From Stegostoma tigrinum (taxonomy: Eukaryota): a DNA stretch of 64,000 nucleotides. Where the stretch lies: positions 24,529,989 through 24,593,988 of the forward strand of contig NC_081373.1 of assembly GCF_030684315.1 (NCBI RefSeq). Reading direction: 5' to 3'. A model generated the notes under the pieces. That model was not told the DNA's origin, made no database searches, and was given only the letters and a program-made list of their open reading frames with translations. The translations under genes and the position numbers were made by a program. Positions 46,016 to 59,950 of the stretch are shown here, piece by piece; within the stretch, counting starts at the first letter, position 1, and each line of letters begins with the position of its first letter.

Positions 46016-47569
46016 TTATAAATAAATATTAATTGATGTATTAAAATTTTATTTCAATCAGACAAAAAATTAGATTTTGCAGAAATTTCCAACAATATTT
46101 GTAAGATTACACCATAGCCATATTGCATGTTAAGTAAAGGGTGAAATTTACAAACATTACATTCGCCAAAGCACTTACAAGAAGGGCAAATGTTACAGCA
46201 CCAATTCATGGATTTATTGTAGGTGGTTCTTGTTGAAAATGAATAACACAAAACCAGTGACAATCGGCCAATTCAAAGTTTAAGTAAATTCTCAACATAG
46301 TAATAAGTCCTTTCAAAAAACTCTCCCCCACTAAAGCCACAATGTGTTTTGTGGAAATAGCTGAAATTTAATCTGTAGTTTGCTGTTGACCGTGCAGTGT
46401 ACTGACTAGCTTTTCCCACCCCAGTAAAAACGAAACCACAAGGGAACAGTAGTAATGATTGTGACACAGCCAGGTAATGACCTAGTCCCTATTCCTTCAC
46501 AGTTTAATTCACTTGGTCTGATTTCAGAAACATCTAAAAGAAAATAATAGGCAAGTCAAAGCAAACAGCCAAAGCTGAGGAGCAGCAGCCAGGGTGAGTA
46601 AGAGAGGAACAGTGAGAGCAAAGAATGCAGTAAAATAAGTTTCTCATTTCCTACAGAGGGTCCCCTACAGTGAAAGCAACTTCTTGAAAACAAAGCTCTC
46701 GTTTATGACTCAAACAATGTGGTGTAATAAGCAATGGTTTCAAGACTTTTTCCTGTCACCCTGTTGCAGCAGCATACTCCAAAATATCCATTAGCTGTCT
46801 TTAAGCACTTATCCTGTAAAGCGATGTAACAGCCGGATTCCAACAGAGAGATCCTATGAAATGTTTCTGTGTTCACCATTTTTTGTCCATTTCCAGTGCA
46901 ATTTAAAATTCTGCTTTCCTGGAGAAATCAGTTTCTTGCTGTGAGATTCTACCAGGACTTTCCTCCAACCTCAGGGACCAACTCAACGCCAAACAGTGGA
47001 CTGACCACCTGTCCTCTAAACTGTTCCATTAAAGCCACAGGTTTGAGGCAGTTTTTGAGATTTAAGCCCTGTCCCAGTTTATCAGGTCATGGATGTTAAT
47101 ACATACCACGATCACCTTGTAGAGTGATGAGTTTCCCTGTCATTCATCACATGTAAACATAGCAAGTATTGGTGGTTTCCGGAATATAAGCTATGGCATG
47201 TCAGGCCAATTACGCTGTGACTATGATATGATACTAATCATCAATAAACATGGCATTTACGTAATTCCATCCAGGCAAATGATGAATATTCTGTCAGATT
47301 CTTAACTTGACTCTGTGTTGATGAACCTTCTCAATAGCAACAAGGAACTGGCAATAAATGCTGGACTTGTCAGAAGCACACACGCATCAAGAACAGATAA
47401 AAAAAATCATAGGTTTTGGAGTGTCGAGAGGAGAATTATTCATTTCTCAGCTTCTGACCCACTCTTGCAGCTACAGTATTTATAGAACTAATTCAGTTCA
47501 GTTTCAGGTCAATGCCCAGGCTACTGATAATGGACAATCCAGTAATGGCAATGCCATTAGTGTTATAGA

Positions 47570-48025
47570 GTCATAGAGCTGTACAACACAGAAACAAACC
47601 CTTCAGTCCAACTCTTCCATGCCAACCAGATATGCTAAATAAAGCTAGTCCCTTTTGCCAGCATTTAGCCCATATTGCTTGAAACATTTCCTAATCATAT
47701 ATCCATGTGGATGCCTTTTAAAGGTCATAATTGTACCAGCCTTCACCACTTCCTAAGAAGCTTATTCTTTACATGCATCATGTTTTGTGTGAAAAGGTTG
47801 CCCCTTATATCTCTCTTAAATCTTAACCTTCTCACCTTAAGCCTATGCCCTCTAGCTTTGGACACCCCCACCAGGGGAAAGATCTTGTCTGTTTACCCTA
47901 TCCATTCCCCTCATGTTTTTATAAACCTCTATTAGGTCACCCCTCAGCCTCTGACATTCCTGGGAAAATAGCCCCAGCCTGCCCAGCTTCTCCCTATAGG
48001 TCAAACCCTCCAACCCTGGCAACAA
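47570..48025 (-). mobile_element. CR1 3' end
   Basis: Homologous to 19828-20400. Confidence 0.8.
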
Positions 48026-48174
48026 GTTTCACAGCATTAAATATCAAGAGAAGATGGTTAGAATCTCTTTTAAATTTATTATCTACTTACCCCATGTTTG
48101 CTTCATGCAATCATGGATTGCTTTGTTATCTGAAGAGTTATGGATGATACTGAAAACTGTGCAATCTCAGAGAA

Positions 48175-48620
48175 CATTATCACTTCTGGTCTTGTAATGG
48201 AAGGGAGGTCTCTGATGACATAGTTGAAGATTGTTGGTCCCAGAATACTACTCTGAGGAACTCCTGCATTGGTAGTGTCTCCTGGATCTGTGATCGCTGA
48301 TCTTCAATAGGCACAACCACGCTCCATTGTGTTGGGGTAAGATTCCCACTAATTTCAATTTCATAATGGTTCCTTGCTGCCATACCCAGTCAGATACTAT
48401 TGTATTGTCAGAGGCAGTCTCCTTACCTTCACATCTGAGATCTAACTGTTTTGTCCACTTTTGAATTGAGCGTAATAATGAGGTCCAAGTTGAGAGATAC
48501 TAGGAAATTTCCAACAGTTCCTCTGTAAACGCATTGTTGCTCAGTAGCTGCCCATTTATAGTATTCTTAGGTGACATTGTCCATCACTTGGAGTAAATGG
48601 GGCAGTGCTTCTACAGCTGA
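48175..48620 (-). mobile_element. Old LINE RT remnant
   Basis: Reverse strand reads AGVPQSSILGPTIFNYVIRDL (RT motif GVPQGSxLGP). Confidence 0.6.
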
Positions 48621-49734
48621 TGGCTCACAGTATCTCATACATGCCTAGTTTTGAGCAGTAGCCCTGTGTTGAATCTGTCCACTTAATAGGTGATAGTACC
48701 ACACAAGACAATGAGATGCCCGCAGTATGACGAAAGAACTTGATCTTCACAAAGACTACACCATGGTCTCTGCTACCGCTGCTGTAATGGATAAACACAT
48801 TTTTGAGCAGCATTAATGGCGTGAACATTTCAAATCAGTCTGTACATATGTCATGATACACCTATGGAACAGGGGCCTGCTGGCTCAGTTGGGACACTAC
48901 AAATGAGTTAAAAAAAGCCCAGAATTAATTATACCACCTGCAGAAATTCACCAAAGTTTCATTAACCCTTGATCACTAACATCCAGAAGGACAAGGACAG
49001 TAGAAGCAGGGCAATATCATCACCTGCAAGTTCCTCTCCAAGTCACACACCATCTTGGCTTGGAAACATATCGCCGTTCCTTCAGCGTCATTGGGTCAAA
49101 ATCCTGGAACTTCCTCGTTAACAGCGCTGATTCCTTGAATAAATAGAGACTTTCCCAGATGGGTAACATTCTGTGTATCATTAAAGGTCACAGATCTGAA
49201 AATAAATTGTTTCTCCCTCCTCAGATGCTGCCAGACCTGCTGAGTATTTCCAGCCTTTTATGTTTTTGTTTCAGTACTGATTCAGTTTTGTCAAATGCAC
49301 ACATTATATGTCCAGTAAGCTACATCATTTGAAACCACCACCTTCCTACATTGGAATAGTCAGTACACTTCAAAATTCCCGAATTCATTTGAAAACCACT
49401 TTGGGACATCTTGGTGTTGTTAAAGATACTATATAAATGTAAGTTCACACTTCTAACCAATCACAGATACCACCGTTAAAAGATCACTCTTTGTAACTTA
49501 ACGGTAGTGCAAAACCTGAAGTGTTCATCCTGGGGCTTTCCTCACTCTGCAGCCCATTTATCACACTGGGAATATACAATACAAATATAACTGTTAACCA
49601 CTTGATTTTAAATGATGGATTTTCAAGCCATGTGCCAATTTGTCTACCTTCTACAAGTAAAATCCACTTTCTTCCCTGGCACTGAAGGTTACTAGTATCA
49701 ACTGTACAGTATACTCAGCTTTATTGATAGTGTC

Positions 49735-50450
49735 ATAGAGTGCAAGAGCAGAGAGGACATGTTGAACTTGTACAAGACACTTGTTAGACCTCAGCTAGAG
49801 TATTGTGTGCAATTGTGGGTGCCATATCATAGGAAGGATGTGAGGGTTGGAAAGAGTGCAGAAAAAGTTTACAAGAATGGTTCCATGCATGAGGAAAAGG
49901 AGATCTGATAAAGGATATCAAAGTCATGAGTGGGCTCAATAGAGATAGACAGGGAGAATCAGTGAACAAGAACAAGAGGGCACAGGCTTAAAGTGATTTG
50001 CAAAAGAAGCAAAAGTGACGTGACATAAAGAGACAGTAAGAACTACCAGCGCTGGAGTCAGAGATAACACAGCGTGGAGCTACAGGAACACAGGAGGCCA
50101 GGCAGATCAGGGTCCTGATCCGAAATGACAGCTTTCCTGCTCCTCTGATGCTGCCTGGCCTGCTATGTTCCTCCAGCTCCACACTGTGTTATCTGAAGTG
50201 ACATGAAACTTTTCCACTCAGCGTATAATTAGGCTTGGGTGTTTTCACTGCCTCAAAATGTCATGGAGGTAGGTTCAATTGAGGCATTCAAGCAGGTATT
50301 AGATGATTATTTGGATAAAACAATGTGTAAAGATACGGCGGTGGGGGGAGGGAGTGGAATCATGAGATTGGCACTAGGTAATGCTGCTCATTTAATGAGT
50401 CAGAACAGTACAATGGGTCAAATGGCCTCCATCTGCATCATAACACTCTG
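49735..50450 (+). mobile_element. Degenerate CR1 3' part, interrupted by a mini-PLE
   Basis: LYKTLVRPQLEYCVQLWVP motif. Confidence 0.78.
50029..50194. mobile_element. Older two-armed mini-PLE, tail on the left
   Basis: Inverted arms. Imperfect TSD AAGTGAC(G/A)TGA. Confidence 0.75.
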
Positions 50451-50589
50451 TGAATTAGTCAGTTTGTTTGAAAAGTGAGACTGAACAAGGTGGCGACCAA
50501 TCTGCAAACTTAATCACAGTGTTTGTTGTACACAGTGCTGAGGCAGAGCAAAAAGTAAACTCATTTCAGTAAAAGTAAACGATAGACCC

Positions 50590-50670
50590 AGGCCCGAAAC
50601 GTCAGCTTTTGTGCTCCTGAGATGCTGCTTGGCCTGCTGTGTTCATCCAGCTTCACACTTTATTATCTTG
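50590..50670 (+). mobile_element. Single-arm micro-PLE
   Basis: TSD GATAGACCC at 50581-50589 and 50671-50679. Confidence 0.88.
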
Positions 50671-51932
50671 GATAGACCCTGGTTAGTGTTTTTTTTAATG
50701 TGTGTCTCCAAAGTTCCTTTTTTTTTTGAAAAAGAAATTTGCTTAACTTCCTCGATCGTGCCATGTTGTTGTTTTATTTTAAGTTTGCAGTTGGGTTTTT
50801 TTAGACTAGCCTAGATCATCTTCATATATTGCATTGATTACCTTTTTACATAGCTTCTGTCACCACATACGTGCAACTGCCCAGCTGTGAAAAAGAAATA
50901 TAAACAGACATTTGCTGATCATGTGTTATGTTTAATTAAAGTACAGAGATTCACATTCTTAATTGCAACACACTACAAAATGCCAATAAATGACCAAACC
51001 AAGTGTCAAAAACCAAGACACTTGCAGGGCCAAGGCATGTACTTCTAACTTGGCACTTAAAACATTAAGGGCTTCAATCAGGTGAATCAAATGAAGTTCT
51101 TTCGATGGTGGGCTACACTTGGAAGACAAAGCTATAACCTTATAAATCAGAGCTACAGCATTTCAGAGTGAAAGTAGGAAGCTCTTACTCACAGAGCATT
51201 TTGGAAATCTGGAACTTGCAAAAAGACTGAGCATGCTGGCACAACTGTAATTTTCAACGACTGTGTATGTTTTACGGAATTATAAAGTTTCTTCTTCATT
51301 CTGCAGACAGTTTACTGAAGCTTCTTTGACAAGAAACTGTGAACCAGTGTCAGATTGCCTTCAATCACCACCAGCTGTCTACAAGAAACAACAATTTATT
51401 CAAGGACCCTCGTAGCCCTTCTGTCTGTTTTCCCTCTGGCTATCAAGCAGGAAGAGAATTCCAAACCGTTCTCCCTCAGGCTTCTATCACTGAAGATAAG
51501 GTGCACATCATGAGCTAGATCTTTTCTCCCTAAATTCTGCATCCAATTCCTTTTGCAGCATTCTAGAAACTACAGACTTTAGGGAAGGACCTCTCATTTT
51601 TAGCAGCATGCAATACAAACAACACCATTTTAATTCCTTGACTTTTCACACTATCAGAGTTTCAAATCTGCTTGTGGTTGAGAAAACAAAAGCACTGTCT
51701 AAAAAATACTTGTGTGTGGAACTCATGTTGTAAGCCTCTCACACTGGTCAGTGCCAGAGGGTTTTCCATAACTGTGACAGGTACCAGCTATGAATTTTAT
51801 CAAAAACATTATAAAAACAATGTAAGAAGCACTGGCAGGGATATATCTATTGTGGCCATTGTTCAAATGGACACTTCTGGTTTGAATTGTCATTCAGTGA
51901 CTGTGTCATACAAAAACCTACAACCTCTACTG

Positions 51933-52017
51933 CAAGATAATAAAATGTGAGGCTGGATGAACACAGCAGGCCAAGCAGCAGCTCAGGAGCGCAAAAGCTG
52001 AAGTTTCGGGCCTAGAC
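51933..52017 (-). mobile_element. Single-arm micro-PLE
   Basis: Matches the PLE terminus. TSD unclear. Confidence 0.85.
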
Positions 52018-52213
52018 TGCAGACTTCTCTCAAGTTACACTTCATCAGGAAAATCTACTCACTGCTGGATCCAATCAAGTTTGAGATAAAGTTAATCTCT
52101 GTGAGACTTCTCTTAATCAAGTTATTTCCCAGTTAGGATTATGTTTATTGCAGAAAGATTATGCACTTTCTTATAGCTATAAGTGCAACATGAGTCAATC
52201 ATATGACTCCATG

Positions 52214-52365
52214 GATAACAAGGTGTAGAGCTGGATGAACATAGCAGGCCAAGCAGCACCAGAGGAGCAGGAAAGTTGACATTTCGGGCCTAGATCCTTC
52301 TGTTCATACAGCTCTACATCTTCTTATCCCAGATTCTCCAGCATCTGCAGTTCCTACTATCTCTG
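52214..52365. mobile_element. Two-armed mini-PLE, tail on the right
   Basis: 12-bp TSD TGACTCCATGGA at 52204-52215 and 52364-52375. Confidence 0.88.
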
Positions 52366-53217
52366 ACTCCATGGAGATGCTTTGAGCTTGATTCTCCACT
52401 TCCTAAATTTGCAAGGGTCTCTGTCAGTCACAGATTTCCAAGCTAATTTCAGGAAACAGTTTGACCATAACTTAACCTCTCAAATCTGATATAATCTCCT
52501 TAGAGGCTGATAACTTAAAAAAAAATCCAAAATTCTTGACAGGATCAAATGACAAGATTTCCAATTAAGACTTTTATTGCAACACACAAACTATAAGTAA
52601 CATTTAATAAATGCTATTTCATAAGCAATTTATATCTCAGAAAACAAAAAAATCCCCAATTTAACAATGAAAATTACAGAAAATCTCCTTGACTGATTTA
52701 TACTTCATGCTGTCCCATAATTAGATAAGAAATCATGCTAAAGCTACTCTTAGATCTTCTTTGTTTTCCAGCCAGATAACATCTACTCCCCAATCTAACT
52801 TTCTCAGTGAGCGTAACTTAGAGTCCTCCAGCTACTCAATACCAGGCGAACCTTTCAGCTTTAGACCCTCATGAACTTGTTTTCTCCAATCTAAATATAT
52901 ACTTCCGCCCAAATCCTACACGGTGAACAAAACAGACTTGCTTCCCACCTCTCTCTTTTCCTCTCTTTCTGTCATGAGAACTACCTTGTCAACATGGTTC
53001 AGGAATATTTAAGAAAATCTCTAACCCAATGGTTTCTGATTGGCTTTGAGAGGAGGTTACCAATCTCCCTGGCAACGTGTCTTACATGGGCCTTGCATCC
53101 AAGTGTATTATCCAGACGCCCCTAACTTCATTGCATTTTGGAACTAAATAGTTTAAGTATAATTATTTACATGATCGGACATGCCTCTCAGCTCACTGTG
53201 ATTTGGGAACCAGCAGT

Positions 53218-53545
53218 ACATAGAACATTACAGCACAGTAAATGTTGTGCCGACCTGTCATACCGATCTCAAGCCCATCTAACCTACACTATTCCATGTA
53301 CGTCCATATGCTTATCCAATGACGCCTTAAATGTACCCAAAGTTGGTGAATCTACTACTGTTGCAGGCAAAGCGTTCCATTCCCCTACTACTGTCTGAGC
53401 AAAGAAACTACCTCTGACATCTGTCCTATATCTTTCACTCCTCAATTTAAAGCTATGCTCCCTCGTGCTCGCCGTCACCATCCTAGGAGAAAGGCTCTCC
53501 CTAGCCACCCTATCTAACACTCTGATTATTTTATATGTTTCAAAT
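53218..53545 (-). mobile_element. CR1 3' end
   Basis: ETYKIIRVLDRV...FFAQTVVGEWNALP. Confidence 0.88.
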
Positions 53546-54349
53546 ATATCCATCATCAGCACAGCTGCCCTGTTCACTGTTTATAGCTAGGTGAATCTCT
53601 CACATCATAGCCTCAGTAAAACAACATGGGGGTTGCACTCCTCTTGAGAGCAAATTAACCACCATCATTCTGTGAAGTTCACTGACAAGTCAATGGTAAC
53701 CTTTGCAAATGAGGTGAGCAACATTATTACTGCTGGACTGTCTAGAATCATTCTTTTATCTGTCTGGGCTATATGCCAGCTGGTCCTGAAGGAAAAGTTG
53801 GGAATACATGAGTGAAAACACACGAGGCAGCTTAGTACAGAATGCATGCTAAGAAGAACAATCAACAAGTCAGGGAAGAGATGGGAGTAGTTCTCAGGGC
53901 AGTGGCAGGTTTTAAGTACTGTATGTACATAGAAGAATGAGATCCAGAGCAGAGTTGCTCTGACTTGAAGAGAGGGATATGAAACCCGGAGGGTAGGATT
54001 GCTAATGTTTAGGCAGCTGTCATTAAAGAGAAATGTGGACGGTTACTTCATCTTCATAGTTCAAGTGAGGTCATTATATTATTCCTGGCATTGCTGCTAA
54101 ATCTGGAGAGCAATCCCATGAGGCCAATCACAGACTCTCTTTTTCTTATTTTTCTTTTGTCTCTTCTTTTTCTCTCTTTCTGTCACTTTCCATTCATATT
54201 TCTGTCTCCATATTTCTTCAATATTCCATTTCTCCTTTCTCTTTTCATGAATCAAATTTATTCAGGAGTTTGACAACTGGTCCCATCAATCATCAAGATG
54301 CCAGGCTGCACTATTGACTGTTAAGTTGACCATTGACTTATTAGGTTCT

Positions 54350-54389
54350 GAGTTCTGAGGAAGGGTTACTGGACTTGAAACGTTAACTC
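54350..54389 (+). ncRNA. Minimal hammerhead motif of the older PLE family, with a 5-bp stem I
   Basis: GAGTT-CTGAGGA-AGGGTTACTGGACTT-GAAACGTT-AACTC. Stem I is GAGTT/AACTC and the triplet is GUU. Confidence 0.6.
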
Positions 54390-55299
54390 TGATTTCTCTC
54401 CACAGACCTGCTGAGCTTTTCCACCAATTTCTACTTTTATCTCCTTATTAAATTTTCACAAGCGCCCTTTTAGGCCACCAAAATAATGGAGCGGAGGGGT
54501 GCAGGTAAAAATTTAAACTTGGGGTGCTTACCACAACATGCTTTTCTTGAGCAAATTTTAACGTAATGTTTCCCAAATTTGTTTTCCCTTCTATGATCCC
54601 CTCTCAAGGCTTGAAAATTGCCAAGAACCAAAGTGGGGATCATTAGTTAGGCCACATCCCTCATTTAAAATGTTAGGATTTAACTGTTGGCACCCATTGG
54701 AGCTTCATGGCAGAATTATGGCCCCAGAATTTCATCTTGTGAACCTGTTGGGGTTAAGCTCCAGTCTTGGGTGATATCATTCTAATATTAGGGCACATTT
54801 TAAGTTGACAAGTTGAGCTGAAAGATGAATAAAGTGGCCTGCTAAGGCAGCAGACAATTCCCTGAAGCTTTTAGTCATCAATGGGTTAAAACATCACTGA
54901 ATAATCACACAAAGCATCAACAGATTTGAGTGACTCAGCAAGTAAGAAAGTAGGCTGGGCTCTAACTATTCGGAACAGAAAGTACAACTTAACATCCCAT
55001 TTAGGAAGAAATTAAGAAATTACTCAGCCACCAAACAACAGGAAAGTGAGTCATCCTTATTACTTCTCCCCTGTATTTCAAATGTCTAATTGTAATAGTG
55101 GCTTTGAAGAAAGCAAATTACATGATAACCTGAAGGGAGTGTAAATTCTCTGGTACTTACCTGCATGTGGTATCACTCAGATCTGCACGCCACCTCAACA
55201 TGACAAACAAATGTTGTGCAATTTCTAGACAGGGTATTATTTCCTATTTCATTCTGTGACTAACTGAAGAGCATCAAGGTCTCAGTCTGTCTTGCAAAC

Positions 55300-56200
55300 C
55301 CCTGACAGTACATGTGCTTCACACCTGACGGAGTCTAACACTACTACTGCGTGAATACTGATTATATTGTGCTCACTTGCAATGGTGTCTCTGGCTGTTC
55401 TTGCATCAATGGGTGGGATTTTCAGGGTCCACCTGGACCTCCTTAAATAATGCAATGGGATGTTAGTTGAATCATTGCGATCAAGAACATGATATACAAT
55501 CATTAGCATGAGGTGAATACTCCAGCCCACTGGAATTACACTCCTGGGCACAATTGCCTTAACTTGGCAACATTCAAAAATCAGGCTATTAATACAAGGT
55601 GTGTGTACCGGATGGGATACACCTCTTTGTGTAAGCTCCAAAGGACACAACCTTCCTCAGTTATTTATCTCCTTCATTACCACGCTGTTTCTTTGCGGCT
55701 TTAGGGGCGCAGCCTCTCCATGCTGATTAGCTTATCAGAAGTCTCAGTCGGCAGAGGTCTGTCTTCTTGCTGAACGATTACAGAGCCGATGGTGAAGCCT
55801 GATCTGTTTAACAGGCTGCTCCAAACATGGCAGCCACACCTGGCTGATGCCAGCGAGTACCACTGGGCCAAGCAAGTGGGGCTCAACTCAAAAACCACTT
55901 CTGTGGTTGTATCTGTGTCCTATGCAAGCCTTTAGTTATCACACAGTGTGATGAAGGGTCAGTAACTTAATGCTGCATGAGATGCTGAGTATGTGTGAAA
56001 TTGGCATATGTGTGAGATGCAGTACCAAATGGTGCCAGTAATGCCACATCAGTAGTTGCATTGACGTGACAGACATTGATTGCACATTAGGCATCTGATG
56101 GTGATTTCCAGCCCCACCCTTAACCTGTAACACTGTCTTCAGCTGTGCTAACTCACACTCACAGGGGCATGGAGCAGAGAGTAGTACTAACCCTAGCAGA
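55300..56200 (-). mobile_element. Possible highly decayed PIF/Harbinger transposase remnant
   Basis: Weak motif echoes in the expected order: IC.ISx..H.SIK.VTD (~55960-56010), QRGVSHPV..C.NSL (~55600), ARDTIA (~55385). Confidence 0.3.
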
Positions 56201-56454
56201 CTGCCGCACATCATTTTTCCTCTTTTGGTACAGGAGATGCCTGTGGGCTCTGGACACATATGGTTTTGGAGGTCAATGATCCTTGGGATGGCATGCACTC
56301 ACTTCCGCACTTTGTCTCAAAAGACACAAGAATTTTTTCTTATTCCTTTCTTGTTTCCCATCAGCAACCTCATCCGAAAACAAAGAATTAGGTTCTGCAT
56401 TTAGACTTTCATGACCTTAGCACCCCACACCTCACCAACACTTTAGTCTAAGAG

Positions 56455-59400
56455 CATTTGAGATGGTAGTTAGGACAGCAGTATGCTCCTCGTGCTGGAT
56501 GTGAGTACTTAGGGAGACTTCCATTGTCTCTGGTAACTACAGCTGTTGGAAGTGCACCCAGCTGCAGCTCCTGGGAGACTGTGTCAGGGAGCTGGAGTTG
56601 GATGCACTCAGGATCATCCGAAATACTGAGCGCAACAAAGATAAGAGTTTTAGCGAGGTGGTCACACCTAAGGTGCAGGCAGAGAGTAGCTGGGTAAACA
56701 CCAGGAAAGGCAAAGGGAGTAGGCAGAAAATGCAGGAATTCCCTGGTGGCCATTCTCCTTGAAAACAAATTTTCCATTTTGGATACTGTTGGGAGGAATG
56801 ACTTCAGGGTGAAGCATCAATAGCCTGGTCAGTGCCACTGTGACAGGCTCTGGAGCACTGTGGGAAAGGGTAAGGGTAAACAGGACGGTAGTGATAGGAG
56901 ACTAGATAGTTAGGGGGACAGACAGGAGACTCTAGCTGCACAGGAATCCAGGTTGGTGTGTTGCTTCCCAGGTGTTAGGGTCCAGGATGTCATGGAGCAG
57001 TGCAGAATGTTCTCAAGGAGGAGGGTGAGCAGCCAGAAGTGATTGTGCATGCTGGTATGAATGACAAGTCAGAAATAGGGATGAGGTCCTGTGGAGTGAT
57101 CATAGAGAGCTAGGAAAAAAGTTAAAAACCAGGACCTTGACAGTGGTAATTTCGAGATTACTTCCAGTGCCACATGCTAGTGAGGGTAAGAACAGGAGAG
57201 TATACAGCAGATGAATGCGTGGCTAAAGATTTGGTGCAGAGCGCAGGATCCTGGATCATTAGGATCTTTTCTGGGGCAGAGGTGATCTATTCAAGGGGGA
57301 TGAGGTGTACCTGAACTGGAGGGGACCAATATCCTGGCAGGCAGATTTGGTCTTGCTGCAAGGGGGGGTTTAAACTAAATTGGCAGGGAATGGGATCCTC
57401 AACAGCAGAGAAGCATGAGTCTGGAAGGAGACACAATAATCAAATATAGCAAGTTGAAGAAACGGGTCAGGCTGGAACAGGACAGGGAGCGAGGAATGCC
57501 TGTTGGATTAAATTGCATCTATTTCAATGCACAAGGGCTGACCAGTAAGGCCGATGAACTCAGGATGTGGATAGGTATGTGGGGCTGGGATGTTATAGCC
57601 ATTACAGACACATGGCTGAAGGAGGGACAGGACCGGCAGCTTAATGTGGGACACTGGTGAAAGAAAGAGGGGAGGGGGAGGTGAGTTTTTGATTAAGGGG
57701 AGTATCACAGCAGTAATCAGAGATAAAAGAACTGAGAGATCATCCAGTGAACCTGCGTGGGTGGAGCTAAGAAATGAAAAGGGGATGGAGATATTATTGG
57801 GGTTGTATTTTAGGCCCCGAAATGGTCAATGGGAATTAGAGGAACAAATATGCAGAGAGTCTGGAGACTTGCATGAGCAATAGGATTGTCATAGTGGGAC
57901 ATTTTAATTTTCCTAACAGACTGGGACTAGGATCGTGTTAAGGGCTTAGATGGTGTGGAATTTGTTAAATGTGTTCCAGAAAGTTTCCGGAAAGGATCCT
58001 ATTTGGGAAGGGCAAAATACGACTTACTGTTGGGAAATAGGGCAGGACAGGTGAACTGAACTGAGGTGACAGTGGGGGAGCACTTTTGCACCAGTGGCCA
58101 TAGTTCTATTAATTTTAGAATAGTTATCGAGAAGGACAAAACTGGTCCACAGGTTCAAATTCTAAATTGGGGCACGACAAATTTTGGTGATATTAGTCAA
58201 GAGCTTGAAGGGGTTGATTGGAGTAGTTTATTTGTTGGCATAGGGACCTCTGGCAAGTGGGGAGGGCTTCAAAAGTATGATAGCTAGAGTTCAAGGGCAA
58301 GGTTGGCCTGGAGTAGGGAGCACTGGATGACAAGAGATATTGAGGCTTTGACCAGAAAAAAGGAAGAGGTATGGCTCATGTAAGGTCAAGGGAATCCCCA
58401 GAGGTATATAGGGGATACAGGAGTTTACTGAAGAAGGAAATCAGAAGGATGAAAAAGGGGGGCACATGATAGATTTGGCTGAGAAGATTAGGGTGAATCC
58501 AAAGGGATCCTTTAAGTATATTAAAGAAAAAAGAATAACTAGAGGGGGATTAGGACCCGTCAGGGACCAAAGTGGACAATTATGTGTGGAACCGCAGGAG
58601 ATGGGTGAGGTCCTCAATGAAGATTTTTCCTTTGTGCTTACCGTGGAGAAAGACATGAAGGCTTGGAATCTTGCGGAAATTAGTGGTGTTATTTTGGGAA
58701 CAGTCGTTATCACAGCGGAGGTGGTGTTGGTAGTATTAGAATGCATGAAGGTGGATAAATCCCCTGGTCCTGACCAGATATGTCCAAGGACTCTGCAAGA
58801 GGCTAGAGAAGAAATTGCAGGGGCCTCAGCTGATATATTTGCATCATCTTTAGACATAGTGAGGTCTCAGAAGATTGGAAATTAGCGAATGTTGTGCGCT
58901 TATTCAAGGAGGGCTTCCAAGGAAAAACCCTTGAAGTACAGACCAGTAAGCCTAATACCTGTGGTAGTTGAGTTACTTGAGCAGATTCTGAGGGATACGA
59001 TATACATGCGTTTAGAATGACAGGGTTTGAATTGGAGTAGTCAGCATGGCTTCATGCGTGGGAGGTCAGACCTCACAAATTTCTTAGAGCTCCTTGATAA
59101 AGTGACCAGGAAGGTTGACGAGGGCAGGGTGATCGACATAGTTTAAATAGATTTCAGTAAGGCCTTTGATAAGGATCCACATGGAAGGCTGCTCTGGAAA
59201 GTCAGATTGCATGGAATCGGGGAAAGCTGACAAATTGGATACATAATTGGCTTGATGGTAGGAAGCAGAGGGTAATATTGGAAGGATGCTTGTCGGACTG
59301 GAGGCTAATGTTGTGCCTCAGGGGTCGGTGGTGGGCCCATTCCTGTTTGTTATCTATATCAATGATTTGGATGAGAATGTACAAGGCATGATTAGTAAGT

Positions 59401-59950
59401 TGCGGATGACACTAAAATAGGCGATATCGTGGACAGTGAGAAAGTTTATCAATGGCAGCAGGATCTTGATCAGCCAGGGAAGTGGGCTAAGAAATGACAA
59501 ATGGAGTCTAATATAGTTGTGTGAAGTGTTGCGTTTTGGAAAGTCAAATCAAGGTAGGTGTTTCATGGTGAATGGTCGGTCCTGAAAAAGTGTAGTGGAA
59601 CAGAGAGACCTTGGAGTTCATGTACATGATCATAAGAGGCATGGATCCGGTGAATGCATTCATTCTTTTTCCTAGGGTTGGGGAATCGAGAACTAGTGGG
59701 CGTCAGTTTAAGGTAAATGGGGAAAGAATGCATGGGAACCTGAGGGGCAACCTTTTCAGCTGCCAACAGAAGTGGTTAATGTGGGTACATTAACAGCTTT
59801 TAAAAGGCATTTGGGCAAATACATGGAGAGGAAAGGTTTAGAAGGAAATGGGCCAAGTGCAAGGAAATGGGGTTAGCGTGGATGGCAATTTTGGTCAGCA
59901 TGGACCAGTTTGGGCCAAAAGGCATGTCTCTGTGCTGTAGGAATCTATAA
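56455..59950 (+). mobile_element. Near full-length decayed CR1 LINE: ORF1 (Zn-finger + SGNH esterase) and ORF2 (APE + RT)
   Basis: VVIGD*IVRGTDRR and VCCFPGVRVQDV (esterase), CIYFNAQGL..KADEL and DVIAITDTWL (APE), KSPGPDQICPRTL and QHGF (RT). Many frameshifts and an internal deletion near 59627. Confidence 0.9.

Noticed and set aside
52420-53150. Possible minus-strand solo LTR; similar impression at 29900-32040 around the old PLE
   Set aside because: No TG...CA termini with a TSD could be fixed by eye.
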